Shown: positions 19,841 through 32,586 of the stretch, piece after piece
Numbering within the stretch: position 1 is the stretch's first letter
How the letters are laid out: each line of letters opens with the position of its first letter
DNA from: Escherichia coli
GTDB lineage: Bacteria > Pseudomonadota > Gammaproteobacteria > Enterobacterales > Enterobacteriaceae
Strand: one strand, 5' to 3'
NCBI RefSeq assembly: GCF_048403405.1
Contig: NZ_CP183129.1
Length of the DNA: 64,000 nucleotides
Position numbers and translations under genes: made by a program
Notes under the pieces: model-generated
What the model saw: only the letters and a program-made list of their open reading frames with translations
Databases searched by the model: none
What the model was told of the DNA's origin: nothing

Positions 19841-20719
19841 ATGAGCGACGACAATTCACACAGTAGTGACACGATAAGCAACAAGAAGGGATTTTTCTCC
19901 CTGTTACTCAGCCAACTTTTCCACGGTGAACCGAAAAACCGTGACGAACTGCTGGCGCTGATCCGTGATTCCGGGCAGAACGACCTTATCGACGAAGATA
20001 CGCGCGATATGCTCGAAGGGGTGATGGACATCGCAGACCAACGCGTCCGCGACATCATGATCCCCCGCTCCCAGATGATTACCCTGAAACGCAACCAGAC
20101 GCTGGACGAATGCCTTGATGTCATCATCGAGTCCGCCCACTCACGTTTCCCGGTGATTAGCGAAGACAAAGATCACATTGAAGGGATTCTGATGGCGAAA
20201 GACTTGCTGCCGTTTATGCGCAGCGATGCTGAAGCCTTCAGCATGGACAAAGTGTTACGTCAGGCGGTTGTCGTTCCTGAAAGTAAGCGCGTAGACCGGA
20301 TGCTGAAAGAGTTTCGCTCTCAGCGTTACCACATGGCGATCGTCATTGACGAATTCGGTGGGGTTTCCGGTCTGGTGACCATTGAAGACATCCTGGAACT
20401 GATTGTTGGTGAGATTGAAGACGAGTATGACGAAGAAGATGATATCGACTTCCGTCAGCTGAGTCGTCATACCTGGACCGTGCGCGCACTGGCTTCCATC
20501 GAAGATTTCAACGAAGCGTTCGGCACCCACTTTAGCGATGAAGAGGTTGACACTATCGGTGGTCTGGTGATGCAGGCATTTGGGCATCTTCCGGCGCGTG
20601 GCGAAACCATCGACATCGACGGTTACCAGTTCAAAGTGGCGATGGCCGACAGTCGGCGTATTATTCAGGTTCATGTCAAAATCCCGGATGACTCACCCCA
20701 GCCGAAGCTGGATGAATAA
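19841..20719 (+). CDS. corC: CBS-pair/CorC-HlyC domain Mg/Co efflux-associated protein
   Basis: 292 aa with recognisable YbeX/CorC sequence. Confidence 0.95.
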   Translation: MSDDNSHSSDTISNKKGFFSLLLSQLFHGEPKNRDELLALIRDSGQNDLIDEDTRDMLEGVMDIADQRVRDIMIPRSQMITLKRNQTLDECLDVIIESAHSRFPVISEDKDHIEGILMAKDLLPFMRSDAEAFSMDKVLRQAVVVPESKRVDRMLKEFRSQRYHMAIVIDEFGGVSGLVTIEDILELIVGEIEDEYDEEDDIDFRQLSRHTWTVRALASIEDFNEAFGTHFSDEEVDTIGGLVMQAFGHLPARGETIDIDGYQFKVAMADSRRIIQVHVKIPDDSPQPKLDE

Positions 20720-20743
20720 AACCGAAACTGGATAGATAACTAC

Positions 20744-22282
20744 ATGGCTTTTGCCTCATTAATTGAACGCCAGCGCATTCGCCTGCTGCTGGCGTTATTA
20801 TTCGGTGCCTGCGGAACGCTGGCCTTCTCTCCTTACGACGTCTGGTCTGCGGCGATTATTTCGCTGATGGGGCTTCAGGCGCTGACCTTTAACCGCCGTC
20901 CACTCCAGTCTGCCGCTATTGGCTTTTGCTGGGGATTTGGCCTCTTTGGCAGCGGTATTAACTGGGTCTATGTCAGCATCGCGACTTTTGGCGGAATGCC
21001 TGGCCCGGTTAACATCTTCCTGGTGGTACTGCTGGCGGCGTATTTGTCGCTGTATACCGGATTATTTGCTGGCGTGCTGTCGCGTCTGTGGCCGAAAACC
21101 ACCTGGCTGCGCGTGGCGATTGCCGCCCCTGCTCTCTGGCAAGTGACCGAGTTTCTGCGCGGTTGGGTGCTGACTGGTTTCCCGTGGTTACAGTTCGGCT
21201 ATAGCCAGATTGATGGCCCGTTAAAAGGGCTGGCACCGATAATGGGCGTGGAAGCCATTAACTTCCTGCTAATGATGGTTAGCGGCCTGCTGGCACTGGC
21301 GTTGGTCAAACGCAACTGGCGTCCGATGGTGGTGGCCGTCGTGCTGTTCGCCCTTCCCTTCCCGCTGCGTTACATCCAGTGGTTTACCCCGCAACCGGAG
21401 AAAACCATTCAGGTTTCGATGGTTCAGGGCGATATTCCGCAATCGCTGAAGTGGGACGAAAGCCAGCTTCTTAATACGCTGAAAATTTATTACAACGCGA
21501 CGGCACCGCTGATGGGCAAATCGTCGCTGATTATCTGGCCGGAGTCGGCGATAACCGATCTGGAAATTAATCAGCAACCGTTCCTCAAAGCACTGGACGG
21601 TGAGTTGCGCGATAAAGGTAGCTCGCTGGTCACCGGGATTGTCGACGCGCGTCTCAATAAGCAGAACCGCTACGATACCTACAACACCATCATCACGCTG
21701 GGGAAAGGTGCGCCGTACAGCTACGAATCAGCCGATCGCTATAACAAAAACCATCTGGTGCCGTTTGGCGAGTTTGTCCCGCTGGAGTCGATTCTGCGTC
21801 CGTTAGCGCCGTTCTTTGATCTGCCGATGTCGTCGTTCAGCCGTGGGCCATATATCCAGCCGCTGCTGTCGGTAAACGGTATTGAGCTTACTGCGGCTAT
21901 TTGCTACGAGATCATTCTTGGCGAGCAAGTGCGTGATAACTTCCGCCCGGATACCGACTACCTGCTGACTATCTCCAACGATGCGTGGTTTGGTAAATCT
22001 ATTGGTCCATGGCAACACTTCCAGATGGCGCGAATGCGTGCGCTGGAGTTGGCGCGCCCGCTACTGCGCAGCACCAATAACGGCATTACGGCGGTGATTG
22101 GCCCGCAGGGTGAGATTCAGGCGATGATCCCGCAATTCACCCGCGAAGTATTAACCACTAACGTGACGCCGACTACCGGACTCACACCGTACGCACGTAC
22201 CGGCAACTGGCCGCTGTGGGTACTGACGGCATTGTTTGGTTTTGCTGCTGTGCTGATGAGCCTGCGTCAACGACGTAAATAA
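20744..22282 (+). CDS. lnt: Apolipoprotein N-acyltransferase
   Basis: 512 aa with a multi-TM N-terminus and a C-N hydrolase domain (ICYE catalytic Cys). Confidence 0.96.
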   Translation: MAFASLIERQRIRLLLALLFGACGTLAFSPYDVWSAAIISLMGLQALTFNRRPLQSAAIGFCWGFGLFGSGINWVYVSIATFGGMPGPVNIFLVVLLAAYLSLYTGLFAGVLSRLWPKTTWLRVAIAAPALWQVTEFLRGWVLTGFPWLQFGYSQIDGPLKGLAPIMGVEAINFLLMMVSGLLALALVKRNWRPMVVAVVLFALPFPLRYIQWFTPQPEKTIQVSMVQGDIPQSLKWDESQLLNTLKIYYNATAPLMGKSSLIIWPESAITDLEINQQPFLKALDGELRDKGSSLVTGIVDARLNKQNRYDTYNTIITLGKGAPYSYESADRYNKNHLVPFGEFVPLESILRPLAPFFDLPMSSFSRGPYIQPLLSVNGIELTAAICYEIILGEQVRDNFRPDTDYLLTISNDAWFGKSIGPWQHFQMARMRALELARPLLRSTNNGITAVIGPQGEIQAMIPQFTREVLTTNVTPTTGLTPYARTGNWPLWVLTALFGFAAVLMSLRQRRK

Positions 22283-22328
22283 TCCCTTCTTATCGTGCCG
22301 GAATACATCCCGTATTTCGGCACGCTCA

Positions 22329-22356
22329 CCGGATGCGGCATCAGTGCGTTATCCGG
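22329..22356. repeat. REP-like element in the lnt-gltI spacer
   Basis: CCGGATGCGGCATCAGTGCGTTATCCGG matches the REP core. It is preceded by the palindrome CGTGCCGGAATAC...GTATTTCGGCACG at 22294-22324. Confidence 0.6.
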
Positions 22357-22678
22357 ATAACAAAATTCCCCTATCCAACTTTGGCACATCTATTGCTTTG
22401 TTATACAAGGCAAAGCTTGAACCAGCATCAGTACAACCCGGTTGCACCACAGCAATCCACGGGTAGCACCAAAAGAGTGCATTTTAAGAATTTTGCTTCG
22501 GAATGGTGCGGCGCATCTCGCAAAAACAAACAATAAAACAGCAATATCTTTACATTTAACCAAACTAAATGTTACCTAACAGGCACAACACTGCACAATA
22601 AAGTTGCAGACGATAACAACACAAACACTCACAACAGGTATCCATGCGTTCTTAACGCAGAAGATAAAGGAGTTGGAT

Positions 22679-23587
22679 ATGCAATTACGTAAACCTGCCA
22701 CAGCAATCCTCGCCCTGGCGCTTTCCGCAGGACTGGCACAGGCAGATGACGCCGCCCCGGCAGCGGGCAGTACGCTGGACAAAATCGCCAAAAACGGTGT
22801 GATTGTCGTCGGTCACCGTGAATCTTCAGTACCTTTCTCTTATTACGACAATCAGCAAAAAGTGGTGGGTTACTCGCAGGATTACTCCAACGCCATTGTT
22901 GAAGCAGTGAAAAAGAAACTCAACAAACCGGACTTGCAGGTGAAACTGATTCCGATCACCTCACAAAACCGTATTCCACTGCTGCAAAACGGCACTTTCG
23001 ATTTTGAATGTGGTTCCACCACCAATAACGTCGAACGCCAAAAACAGGCGGCTTTCTCTGACACTATTTTCGTGGTCGGTACGCGCCTGCTGACCAAAAA
23101 GGGCGGCGATATCAAAGATTTTGCCGACCTGAAAGACAAAGCCGTAGTCGTCACTTCCGGCACTACCTCTGAAGTTTTGCTCAACAAACTGAATGAAGAG
23201 CAAAAAATGAATATGCGCATCATCAGCGCCAAAGATCACGGTGACTCTTTCCGCACCCTGGAAAGCGGTCGTGCCGTTGCCTTTATGATGGATGATGCCC
23301 TGCTGGCCGGTGAACGTGCGAAAGCGAAGAAACCAGACAACTGGGAAATCGTCGGCAAGCCGCAGTCTCAGGAAGCCTACGGTTGTATGTTGCGTAAAGA
23401 TGATCCGCAGTTCAAAAAGCTGATGGATGACACCATCGCTCAGGTGCAGACCTCCGGTGAAGCGGAAAAATGGTTTGATAAATGGTTCAAAAATCCAATT
23501 CCGCCGAAAAACCTGAACATGAATTTCGAACTGTCAGACGAAATGAAAGCACTGTTCAAAGAACCGAATGACAAAGCACTGAACTAA
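22679..23587 (+). CDS. gltI: Glutamate/aspartate ABC transporter periplasmic binding protein
   Basis: 302 aa from MQLRKPATAILALALSAGLAQA (signal peptide), behind a GGAG RBS. The track's 22604 start is an unsupported extension. Confidence 0.95.
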   Translation: MQLRKPATAILALALSAGLAQADDAAPAAGSTLDKIAKNGVIVVGHRESSVPFSYYDNQQKVVGYSQDYSNAIVEAVKKKLNKPDLQVKLIPITSQNRIPLLQNGTFDFECGSTTNNVERQKQAAFSDTIFVVGTRLLTKKGGDIKDFADLKDKAVVVTSGTTSEVLLNKLNEEQKMNMRIISAKDHGDSFRTLESGRAVAFMMDDALLAGERAKAKKPDNWEIVGKPQSQEAYGCMLRKDDPQFKKLMDDTIAQVQTSGEAEKWFDKWFKNPIPPKNLNMNFELSDEMKALFKEPNDKALN

Positions 23588-23743
23588 TTACAAGAACCAG
23601 GGGCGGAAATTCCAGCCCTCTCGATTGTTACGTAGCACGGACAGACTATACGCCTGATGGTCGTTCCCCATCGGGCCTGAAAACCGCAATACGCTGGGTA
23701 ACAATCTTCGAGGGTAGCAGTTAACGCTGCTACCCTCTTTTTT
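23581..23743 (+). ncRNA. sroC: SroC sRNA (processed from the gltI 3' end and gltI-gltJ spacer; GcvB sponge)
   Basis: Located by position and by the intrinsic terminator at its 3' end. The 5' end is approximate, back-calculated from the ~163-nt size I recall for K-12. Confidence 0.55.
23710..23743 (+). terminator. Intra-operon terminator or attenuator between gltI and gltJ
   Basis: GAGGGTAGCAG-TTAAC-GCTGCTACCCTC followed by TTTTTT. Confidence 0.8.
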
Positions 23744-23756
23744 CTGGAGTAGATTT

Positions 23757-24497
23757 ATGTCTATAGACTGGAACTGGGGTATTTTTTTACAACAAGCCCC
23801 GTTCGGCAACACCACCTATCTTGGTTGGATCTGGAGTGGTTTTCAGGTGACGATCGCTTTGTCGATCTGCGCCTGGATTATCGCTTTCCTCGTCGGTTCA
23901 TTTTTCGGCATTTTACGTACCGTTCCAAACCGTTTTCTCTCCGGTCTGGGTACGTTGTATGTCGAACTGTTCCGCAACGTGCCGTTGATTGTGCAATTCT
24001 TTACCTGGTATCTGGTGATCCCGGAGCTGCTGCCGGAGAAAATCGGCATGTGGTTTAAGGCCGAGCTGGATCCCAATATTCAGTTTTTCCTTTCATCCAT
24101 GCTCTGCCTGGGGCTGTTTACCGCCGCCCGTGTTTGCGAACAGGTACGCGCCGCGATCCAGTCGCTGCCGCGAGGGCAAAAAAATGCCGCGCTGGCGATG
24201 GGCCTGACGCTACCGCAGGCTTATCGATACGTACTGTTGCCTAATGCTTATCGCGTTATCGTCCCGCCGATGACCTCCGAGATGATGAACCTGGTGAAAA
24301 ACTCTGCCATCGCCTCGACTATTGGTCTGGTGGATATGGCGGCGCAGGCGGGTAAATTGCTTGATTACTCAGCCCACGCCTGGGAGTCGTTTACCGCCAT
24401 CACGCTGGCGTATGTATTGATTAACGCTTTTATCATGCTGGTGATGACGCTGGTTGAACGTAAAGTTCGCCTGCCTGGCAACATGGGGGGCAAATAA
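23757..24497 (+). CDS. gltJ: Glutamate/aspartate ABC transporter permease
   Basis: 246 aa multi-TM protein. Its stop overlaps the gltK start. Confidence 0.95.
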
Positions 24498-25171
24498 TGT
24501 ACGAGTTTGACTGGAGTTCCATTGTCCCTTCCCTGCCATATCTGCTCGACGGGCTGGTGATCACGCTGAAAATCACCGTCACAGCAGTCGTGATTGGTAT
24601 TTTGTGGGGCACCATGCTGGCGGTGATGCGCTTGTCCAGCTTTGCGCCCGTAGCGTGGTTTGCCAAAGCCTACGTTAACGTATTCCGCTCGATTCCTTTA
24701 GTTATGGTTTTGCTGTGGTTTTACCTGATCGTGCCGGGTTTTCTGCAAAACGTACTGGGATTATCACCAAAAAATGACATCCGTTTAATTTCGGCGATGG
24801 TGGCGTTTTCGATGTTTGAAGCAGCCTACTATTCAGAGATTATCCGTGCCGGTATTCAAAGTATTTCCCGTGGTCAGTCGAGCGCCGCGCTGGCGTTGGG
24901 GATGACTCACTGGCAGTCGATGAAACTGATTATTCTGCCGCAGGCTTTCCGCGCGATGGTGCCGCTGCTGCTCACTCAGGGCATCGTACTGTTCCAGGAT
25001 ACCTCACTGGTGTATGTGTTATCTCTGGCCGATTTCTTCCGTACCGCTTCAACCATTGGTGAGCGTGATGGTACGCAGGTCGAGATGATCCTGTTTGCCG
25101 GATTTGTTTATTTCGTTATTAGCCTTAGCGCGTCGTTGTTGGTCAGCTACTTGAAAAGAAGGACAGCTTAA
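24497..25171 (+). CDS. gltK: Glutamate/aspartate ABC transporter permease
   Basis: 224 aa multi-TM protein. Its stop overlaps the gltL start. Confidence 0.95.
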
Positions 25172-25896
25172 TGATTACCCTGAAAAATGTTTCAAAATGG
25201 TATGGTCACTTTCAGGTGCTGACCGACTGCTCAACCGAAGTGAAAAAAGGCGAAGTGGTGGTGGTTTGCGGCCCGTCTGGTTCCGGCAAATCAACGCTGA
25301 TTAAAACCGTCAACGGCCTCGAACCGGTGCAGCAAGGTGAAATTACCGTCGATGGCATCGTGGTTAACGATAAGAAAACCGATCTGGCAAAGCTGCGTTC
25401 CCGCGTCGGGATGGTGTTCCAGCATTTCGAGTTGTTCCCCCATTTGTCGATTATTGAAAACCTGACCCTGGCGCAGGTGAAAGTGCTTAAACGCGATAAA
25501 GCACCCGCTCGTGAAAAAGCATTGAAATTGCTGGAGCGCGTCGGGCTTTCCGCTCATGCCAATAAGTTTCCGGCGCAGCTTTCCGGCGGTCAGCAGCAGC
25601 GTGTGGCGATCGCTCGCGCATTGTGCATGGATCCTATCGCGATGCTGTTCGACGAACCGACATCGGCGCTGGATCCGGAGATGATCAACGAAGTGCTGGA
25701 CGTGATGGTGGAACTGGCGAACGAAGGAATGACCATGATGGTGGTGACCCACGAAATGGGCTTTGCCCGTAAAGTGGCGAATCGGGTGATCTTTATGGAC
25801 GAGGGTAAAATTGTCGAAGACTCGCCGAAAGACGCTTTCTTCGATGATCCGAAATCGGACCGCGCAAAAGACTTCCTCGCGAAAATCCTGCATTAA
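25171..25896 (+). CDS. gltL: Glutamate/aspartate ABC transporter ATP-binding protein
   Basis: 241 aa with Walker [10 protein letters not shown] and signature LSGGQQQR. Confidence 0.96.
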   Translation: MITLKNVSKWYGHFQVLTDCSTEVKKGEVVVVCGPSGSGKSTLIKTVNGLEPVQQGEITVDGIVVNDKKTDLAKLRSRVGMVFQHFELFPHLSIIENLTLAQVKVLKRDKAPAREKALKLLERVGLSAHANKFPAQLSGGQQQRVAIARALCMDPIAMLFDEPTSALDPEMINEVLDVMVELANEGMTMMVVTHEMGFARKVANRVIFMDEGKIVEDSPKDAFFDDPKSDRAKDFLAKILH

Positions 25897-26013
25897 TCAC
25901 TCTGGCGCGCATACCCAAGTGCGCGCCATCTCACGCTTTATCGTTTCACTCCTCGTATCTGTTACATCCTGGCGTTACCCTTGTCGCAAAGAAGCACACA
26001 ACAAGGAGCAACA

Positions 26014-26949
26014 ATGGCACTGCCAATTCTGTTAGATTGCGACCCAGGTCATGACGACGCTATCGCAATAGTTCTTGCCCTCGCCTCACCAGAGCTTGAT
26101 GTCAAAGCAATTACGTCTTCCGCCGGAAACCAGACTCCAGAAAAAACCTTACGCAATGTTCTGCGTATGCTGACCTTGCTTAATCGCACCGATATTCCGG
26201 TAGCAGGCGGCGCGGTAAAACCGTTAATGCGTGAGTTGATTATCGCGGACAATGTGCACGGCGAAAGCGGTCTCGACGGCCCGGCATTACCGGAACCGAC
26301 GTTCGCACCGCAAAACTGTACGGCGGTGGAGCTGATGGCGAAAACGCTGCGTGAAAGTGCGGAACCTGTCACGATTGTGTCTACCGGACCGCAAACTAAC
26401 GTTGCCTTGCTGCTCAATAGCCATCCGGAACTGCATAGCAAAATTGCCCGTATCGTGATTATGGGCGGCGCAATGGGGCTTGGTAACTGGACGCCAGCCG
26501 CCGAGTTTAATATTTATGTTGACCCGGAAGCGGCAGAAATTGTTTTCCAGTCAGGGATCCCGGTGGTGATGGCCGGTCTGGATGTTACTCACAAAGCACA
26601 AATTCACGTTGAGGACACCGAGCGTTTCCGCGCGATTGGCAACCCTGTTTCAACCATTGTTGCCGAACTGCTGGATTTCTTCCTCGAATATCATAAAGAC
26701 GAAAAATGGGGCTTTGTCGGCGCACCGCTGCATGACCCATGCACCATCGCCTGGCTGTTAAACCCGGAGTTGTTTACCACTGTTGAGCGCTGGGTTGGCG
26801 TGGAAACACAAGGGAAATATACCCAGGGTATGACGGTTGTTGATTATTATTATCTGACCGGCAATAAACCGAATGCTACTGTAATGGTCGATGTTGATCG
26901 TCAGGGCCTTGTTGATTTACTGGCTGATCGTCTGAAATTTTACGCTTAA
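26014..26949 (+). CDS. rihA: Pyrimidine-specific ribonucleoside hydrolase
   Basis: 311 aa from [16 protein letters not shown] (nucleoside hydrolase DxDxxxDD motif), behind an AGGAG RBS. The track's start is 11 codons too long. Confidence 0.95.
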   Translation: MALPILLDCDPGHDDAIAIVLALASPELDVKAITSSAGNQTPEKTLRNVLRMLTLLNRTDIPVAGGAVKPLMRELIIADNVHGESGLDGPALPEPTFAPQNCTAVELMAKTLRESAEPVTIVSTGPQTNVALLLNSHPELHSKIARIVIMGGAMGLGNWTPAAEFNIYVDPEAAEIVFQSGIPVVMAGLDVTHKAQIHVEDTERFRAIGNPVSTIVAELLDFFLEYHKDEKWGFVGAPLHDPCTIAWLLNPELFTTVERWVGVETQGKYTQGMTVVDYYYLTGNKPNATVMVDVDRQGLVDLLADRLKFYA

Positions 26950-26955
26950 TCACTC

Positions 26956-26980
26956 GCCGGATGACATCACGCCATCCGGC
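26956..26980. other. Single hairpin filling the 44-bp rihA/ybeL convergent spacer
   Basis: GCCGGATG-N9-CATCCGGC (REP-core-like arms), with no clear U-tract on either strand. Confidence 0.4.
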
Positions 26981-26993
26981 ACCACTCATTTCA

Positions 26994-27476
26994 TTAAGGC
27001 TCGAACGGGCGTCTCTGGAACTGGTCATGACCACATTTCGGGCATAGCGTCAGCACTTCCGGTGTGTAGATCGGGAGATGGAAATGACATTTCTCGCAGA
27101 CCAGATTACCCAGCCCTACCACTTCTCCGCTGTGATAAACCCCGTGATGATTGAGGTCCTGGAAAACTTCGCGCCATTCAAGCTGCGTTTTATCGGTGAT
27201 GTCTGCCAGCTCCTGCCACAAGCTTTCTTTAATCACCCGCATAAAGACGCTGTCAGACTCTTCTTTCAGGCTCTCTTCATAGCTCATGGCGAACTCTTCC
27301 AGGTCACGTCTGACAGCTCGCGTCAGCTCATCGACTTCGGTTCGCGTTAACTCCCCTGTTTTTATTACGCGCTCGCGCGCCTGTTCCACCAGTGCGTCGA
27401 TATCACGTTCGCCATTGCGCAGGCGTTCGCTCAGTGACGCGACCAGTTCACGGTAATATTGAGCAACCTTGTTCAT
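26994..27476 (-). CDS. ybeL: DUF1451 zinc-ribbon protein
   Basis: 160 aa with C-terminal CEKC...CPKCGH cysteine pairs. Recognisable YbeL. Confidence 0.93.
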   Translation of the reverse strand: MNKVAQYYRELVASLSERLRNGERDIDALVEQARERVIKTGELTRTEVDELTRAVRRDLEEFAMSYEESLKEESDSVFMRVIKESLWQELADITDKTQLEWREVFQDLNHHGVYHSGEVVGLGNLVCEKCHFHLPIYTPEVLTLCPKCGHDQFQRRPFEP

Positions 27477-27710
27477 CGTTTCATCTCCCGGGTCGTTAAC
27501 TGACTATAATAATAGACGTTCTTTGTTCCTTGCTTTGCTAATACGCCCACAAACTCTGTAAATTAATGTATGAATAATCCGGGCATCATTTCAACGTCGA
27601 ATGCGCGAAAGGCTGTTTTGACGCGGACGTTTGGGCTATGCTATGCGGATCTGAAAAACCACCTCAACGCTACATTTGTAGCCGTATTGAAAACAGGACC
27701 ACTGGCTGCC

Positions 27711-30293
27711 ATGCAAGAGCAATACCGCCCGGAAGAGATAGAATCCAAAGTACAGCTTCATTGGGATGAGAAGCGCACATTTGAAGTAACCGAAGACGAG
27801 AGCAAAGAGAAGTATTACTGCCTGTCTATGCTTCCCTATCCTTCTGGTCGACTACACATGGGCCACGTACGTAACTACACCATTGGTGACGTGATCGCCC
27901 GCTACCAGCGTATGCTGGGCAAAAACGTCCTGCAGCCGATCGGCTGGGACGCGTTTGGTCTGCCTGCGGAAGGCGCGGCGGTGAAAAACAACACCGCACC
28001 GGCACCGTGGACGTACGACAACATCGCGTACATGAAAAACCAGCTCAAAATGCTGGGCTTTGGTTATGACTGGAGCCGCGAGCTGGCAACCTGTACACCG
28101 GAATACTACCGTTGGGAACAGAAATTCTTCACCGAGCTGTATAAAAAAGGCCTGGTATATAAGAAGACTTCTGCAGTCAACTGGTGCCCGAACGACCAGA
28201 CCGTACTGGCGAACGAACAAGTTATCGACGGCTGCTGCTGGCGCTGCGATACCAAAGTTGAGCGTAAAGAGATCCCGCAATGGTTTATCAAAATCACCGC
28301 TTACGCTGACGAGCTGCTTAACGATCTGGATAAACTGGATCACTGGCCAGACACCGTTAAAACCATGCAGCGTAACTGGATCGGTCGTTCCGAAGGCGTG
28401 GAAATCACCTTCAACGTTAACGACTATGACAACACGCTGACCGTTTACACTACCCGCCCGGACACCTTTATGGGTTGTACCTACCTGGCGGTAGCGGCAG
28501 GTCATCCGCTGGCGCAGAAAGCGGCGGAAAATAATCCTGAACTGGCGGCCTTTATTGACGAATGCCGTAACACCAAAGTTGCCGAAGCTGAAATGGCAAC
28601 GATGGAGAAAAAAGGCGTCGATACTGGCTTTAAAGCGGTTCACCCATTAACGGGCGAAGAAATTCCCGTTTGGGCAGCAAACTTCGTATTGATGGAGTAC
28701 GGCACGGGCGCAGTTATGGCGGTTCCGGGTCACGACCAGCGCGACTACGAGTTTGCCTCTAAATACGGCCTGAATATCAAACCGGTTATCCTGGCAGCTG
28801 ACGGCTCTGAGCCAGATCTTTCTCAGCAAGCCCTGACTGAAAAAGGCGTTCTGTTCAACTCTGGCGAGTTCAACGGTCTTGACCATGAAGCGGCCTTCAA
28901 CGCTATCGCCGATAAACTGACTGCGATGGGCGTTGGCGAGCGTAAAGTGAACTACCGCCTGCGCGACTGGGGTGTTTCCCGTCAACGTTACTGGGGCGCG
29001 CCGATTCCGATGGTGACGCTGGAAGACGGTACCGTAATGCCGACCCCGGACGACCAGCTGCCGGTGATCCTGCCGGAAGATGTGGTGATGGACGGTATTA
29101 CCAGCCCGATTAAAGCAGATCCGGAGTGGGCAAAAACTACCGTTAACGGTATGCCAGCGCTGCGTGAAACCGACACTTTCGACACCTTTATGGAGTCCTC
29201 CTGGTACTATGCGCGCTACACTTGCCCGGAGTACAAAGAAGGTATGCTGGATTCCAAAGCGGCTAACTACTGGCTGCCGGTGGATATCTACATTGGTGGT
29301 ATCGAACACGCCATTATGCACCTGCTCTACTTCCGCTTCTTCCACAAACTGATGCGTGATGCAGGCATGGTGAACTCTGACGAACCAGCGAAACAGTTAC
29401 TGTGTCAGGGTATGGTGCTGGCAGATGCCTTCTACTATGTTGGCGAAAACGGCGAACGTAACTGGGTTTCCCCGGTTGATGCTATCGTTGAACGTGACGA
29501 GAAAGGCCGTATCGTGAAAGCGAAAGATGCGGCAGGCCATGAACTGGTTTATACCGGCATGAGCAAAATGTCCAAGTCGAAGAACAACGGTATCGACCCG
29601 CAGGTGATGGTTGAACGTTACGGCGCGGACACCGTTCGTCTGTTTATGATGTTTGCTTCTCCGGCTGATATGACTCTCGAATGGCAGGAATCCGGCGTGG
29701 AAGGGGCTAACCGCTTCCTGAAACGTGTCTGGAAACTGGTTTACGAGCACACAGCGAAAGGTGATGTTGCGGCACTGAACGTTGATGCGCTGACTGAAGA
29801 TCAGAAAGCGCTGCGTCGCGATGTGCATAAAACGATCGCTAAAGTGACCGATGATATCGGCCGTCGTCAGACCTTCAACACCGCAATTGCGGCGATTATG
29901 GAGCTGATGAACAAACTGGCGAAAGCACCGACCGATGGCGAGCAGGACCGCGCCCTGATGCAGGAAGCGCTGCTGGCGGTAGTCCGTATGCTTAACCCGT
30001 TCACCCCGCACATCTGCTTCACGCTGTGGCAGGAACTGAAAGGCGAAGGCGATATCGACAACGCACCGTGGCCGGTTGCTGACGAAAAAGCGATGGTGGA
30101 AGACTCCACGCTGGTCGTGGTGCAGGTTAACGGTAAAGTCCGTGCAAAAATCACCGTTCCGGTGGACGCAACGGAAGAACAGGTTCGCGAACGTGCTGGC
30201 CAGGAACATCTGGTAGCAAAATATCTTGATGGCGTTACTGTACGTAAAGTGATTTACGTACCAGGTAAACTCCTCAATCTGGTCGTTGGCTAA
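27711..30293 (+). CDS. leuS: Leucyl-tRNA synthetase
   Basis: 860 aa from [15 protein letters not shown], with HMGH and KMSKS motifs. The track's 27570 start adds 47 unsupported residues. Confidence 0.97.
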   Translation: MQEQYRPEEIESKVQLHWDEKRTFEVTEDESKEKYYCLSMLPYPSGRLHMGHVRNYTIGDVIARYQRMLGKNVLQPIGWDAFGLPAEGAAVKNNTAPAPWTYDNIAYMKNQLKMLGFGYDWSRELATCTPEYYRWEQKFFTELYKKGLVYKKTSAVNWCPNDQTVLANEQVIDGCCWRCDTKVERKEIPQWFIKITAYADELLNDLDKLDHWPDTVKTMQRNWIGRSEGVEITFNVNDYDNTLTVYTTRPDTFMGCTYLAVAAGHPLAQKAAENNPELAAFIDECRNTKVAEAEMATMEKKGVDTGFKAVHPLTGEEIPVWAANFVLMEYGTGAVMAVPGHDQRDYEFASKYGLNIKPVILAADGSEPDLSQQALTEKGVLFNSGEFNGLDHEAAFNAIADKLTAMGVGERKVNYRLRDWGVSRQRYWGAPIPMVTLEDGTVMPTPDDQLPVILPEDVVMDGITSPIKADPEWAKTTVNGMPALRETDTFDTFMESSWYYARYTCPEYKEGMLDSKAANYWLPVDIYIGGIEHAIMHLLYFRFFHKLMRDAGMVNSDEPAKQLLCQGMVLADAFYYVGENGERNWVSPVDAIVERDEKGRIVKAKDAAGHELVYTGMSKMSKSKNNGIDPQVMVERYGADTVRLFMMFASPADMTLEWQESGVEGANRFLKRVWKLVYEHTAKGDVAALNVDALTEDQKALRRDVHKTIAKVTDDIGRRQTFNTAIAAIMELMNKLAKAPTDGEQDRALMQEALLAVVRMLNPFTPHICFTLWQELKGEGDIDNAPWPVADEKAMVEDSTLVVVQVNGKVRAKITVPVDATEEQVRERAGQEHLVAKYLDGVTVRKVIYVPGKLLNLVVG

Positions 30294-30307
30294 GCGCGGG
30301 AGGAAGC

Positions 30308-30889
30308 GTGCGATATCTGGCAACATTGTTGTTATCTCTGGCGGTGTTAATCACCGCCGGGTGTGGCTGGCATCTGCGTGATACCACGCAGGTTCCTTCC
30401 ACTATGAAGGTCATGATCCTGGACTCAGGCGATCCGAACGGGCCATTAAGCCGTGCGGTGCGTAACCAGTTACGTCTGAATGGTGTCGAGTTGCTTGATA
30501 AAGAAACCACGCGTAAGGACGTTCCATCCCTGCGTTTGGGTAAAGTGAGCATCGCGAAAGATACCGCATCGGTATTCCGTAACGGTCAAACAGCAGAGTA
30601 TCAGATGATCATGACGGTCAATGCGACCGTGTTGATCCCCGGCCGTGACATCTACCCGATTAGCGCCAAAGTCTTCCGTTCGTTCTTCGATAACCCGCAA
30701 ATGGCGTTAGCGAAAGATAACGAACAAGACATGATCGTAAAAGAGATGTACGACCGTGCTGCCGAACAGCTGATTCGTAAGCTGCCAAGCATCCGTGCTG
30801 CGGATATTCGTTCCGACGAAGAACAGACGTCGACCACAACGGATACTCCGGCAACGCCTGCACGCGTCTCTACCACGCTGGGTAACTGA
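30308..30889 (+). CDS. lptE: LPS assembly lipoprotein
   Basis: 193 aa with a GTG start and the lipobox LITAGC. Confidence 0.95.
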
Positions 30890-31920
30890 TGATTCGGTTG
30901 TACCCGGAACAACTCCGCGCGCAGCTCAATGAAGGGCTGCGCGCGGCGTATCTTTTACTTGGTAACGATCCTCTGTTATTGCAGGAAAGCCAGGACGCTA
31001 TTCGTCAGGTAGCTGCGGTACAAGGATTCGAAGAACACCACACTTTTTCCATTGATCCCAACACTGACTGGAATGCGATCTTTTCGTTATGCCAGGCCAT
31101 GAGTCTGTTTGCCAGTCGACAAACGCTATTGCTGTTGTTATCAGAAAACGGACCGAATGCGGCGATTAATGAACAACTTCTCACACTCACCGGACTTCTG
31201 CATGACGACCTGCTGTTGATCGTCCGCGGCAATAAATTAAGCAAAGCGCAAGAAAATGCCGCCTGGTTTACTGCTCTTGCGAATCGCAGCGTGCAGGTGA
31301 CCTGTCAGACACCGGAGCAGGCTCAGCTTCCCCGTTGGGTTGCTGCGCGTGCAAAACAGCTCAACTTAGAACTGGATGACGCGGCGAATCAGGTGCTCTG
31401 CTACTGTTATGAAGGTAACCTGCTGGCGCTGGCTCAGGCACTGGAGCGTTTATCGCTACTCTGGCCAGACGGCAAACTGACATTACCTCGCGTTGAACAG
31501 GCGGTGAATGATGCCGCGCATTTCACCCCTTTTCATTGGGTTGATGCTTTGTTGATGGGAAAAAGTAAGCGCGCGTTGCATATTCTTCAGCAACTGCGTC
31601 TGGAAGGCAGCGAACCGGTTATTTTGTTGCGCACATTACAACGTGAACTGTTGTTACTGGTTAACCTGAAACGCCAGTCTGCCCATACGCCACTGCGTGC
31701 GTTGTTTGATAAGCATCGGGTATGGCAGAACCGCCGGGGCATGATGGGCGAGGCGTTAAATCGCTTAAGCCAGCCGCAGTTACGTCAGGCCGTGCAACTC
31801 CTGACACGAACGGAACTCACCCTCAAACAAGATTACGGTCAGTCAGTGTGGGCAGAGCTGGAAGGGTTATCTCTTCTGTTGTGCCATAAACCCCTGGCGG
31901 ACGTATTTATCGACGGTTGA
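30889..31920 (+). CDS. holA: DNA polymerase III delta subunit
   Basis: 343 aa. The start overlaps the lptE stop. Confidence 0.95.
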
Positions 31921-31921
31921 T

Positions 31922-32563
31922 ATGAAATCTTTACAGGCTCTGTTTGGTGGCACCTTTGATCCGGTGCACTATGGTCATCTTAAACCCGTGGAAACGCTGG
32001 CGAATTTGATTGGTCTGACGCGGGTCACAATCATCCCTAATAATGTTCCTCCGCATCGTCCCCAGCCGGAAGCGAACAGCGTACAGCGTAAACACATGCT
32101 TGAACTGGCGATTGCCGACAAGCCATTATTTACTCTTGATGAACGCGAGCTAAAGCGCAATGCCCCCTCTTACACTGCGCAAACACTGAAAGAGTGGCGG
32201 CAGGAACAAGGGCCGGACGTGCCGCTGGCGTTTATTATAGGTCAGGATTCACTGCTGACCTTTCCGACCTGGTACGAATACGAAACGATACTCGACAATG
32301 CACATTTGATCGTCTGTCGGCGTCCAGGTTACCCACTTGAAATGGCGCAACCGCAATACCAGCAATGGCTGGAAGATCATTTGACACATAACCCGGAAGA
32401 TCTTCACCTTCAGCCTGCCGGTAAAATTTATCTGGCTGAAACGCCGTGGTTTAACATCTCGGCGACCATTATCCGCGAACGTTTGCAAAACGGTGAATCG
32501 TGTGAGGATTTATTGCCGGAACCGGTACTGACTTACATTAACCAACAAGGCTTGTATCGCTGA
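31922..32563 (+). CDS. nadD: Nicotinate-mononucleotide adenylyltransferase
   Basis: 213 aa with the [11 protein letters not shown] motif. Confidence 0.96.
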
Positions 32564-32586
32564 TACCTGTCGTTACGGAGGGCATG

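Noticed and set aside
27570-27710. N-terminal extensions in the track for leuS. The same applies to asnB 11807, gltI 22604, rihA 25981, dpiB 50326, citC 50558, citE 51996, citF 52834, rna 57479, uspG 59266, ahpF 61443, dsbG 62459, cspE 45293, pagP 45968 and ubiF 16530.
   Set aside because: The shorter starts reproduce the known protein lengths and N-termini, are preceded by RBSs, and in several cases the extension overlaps the upstream gene.
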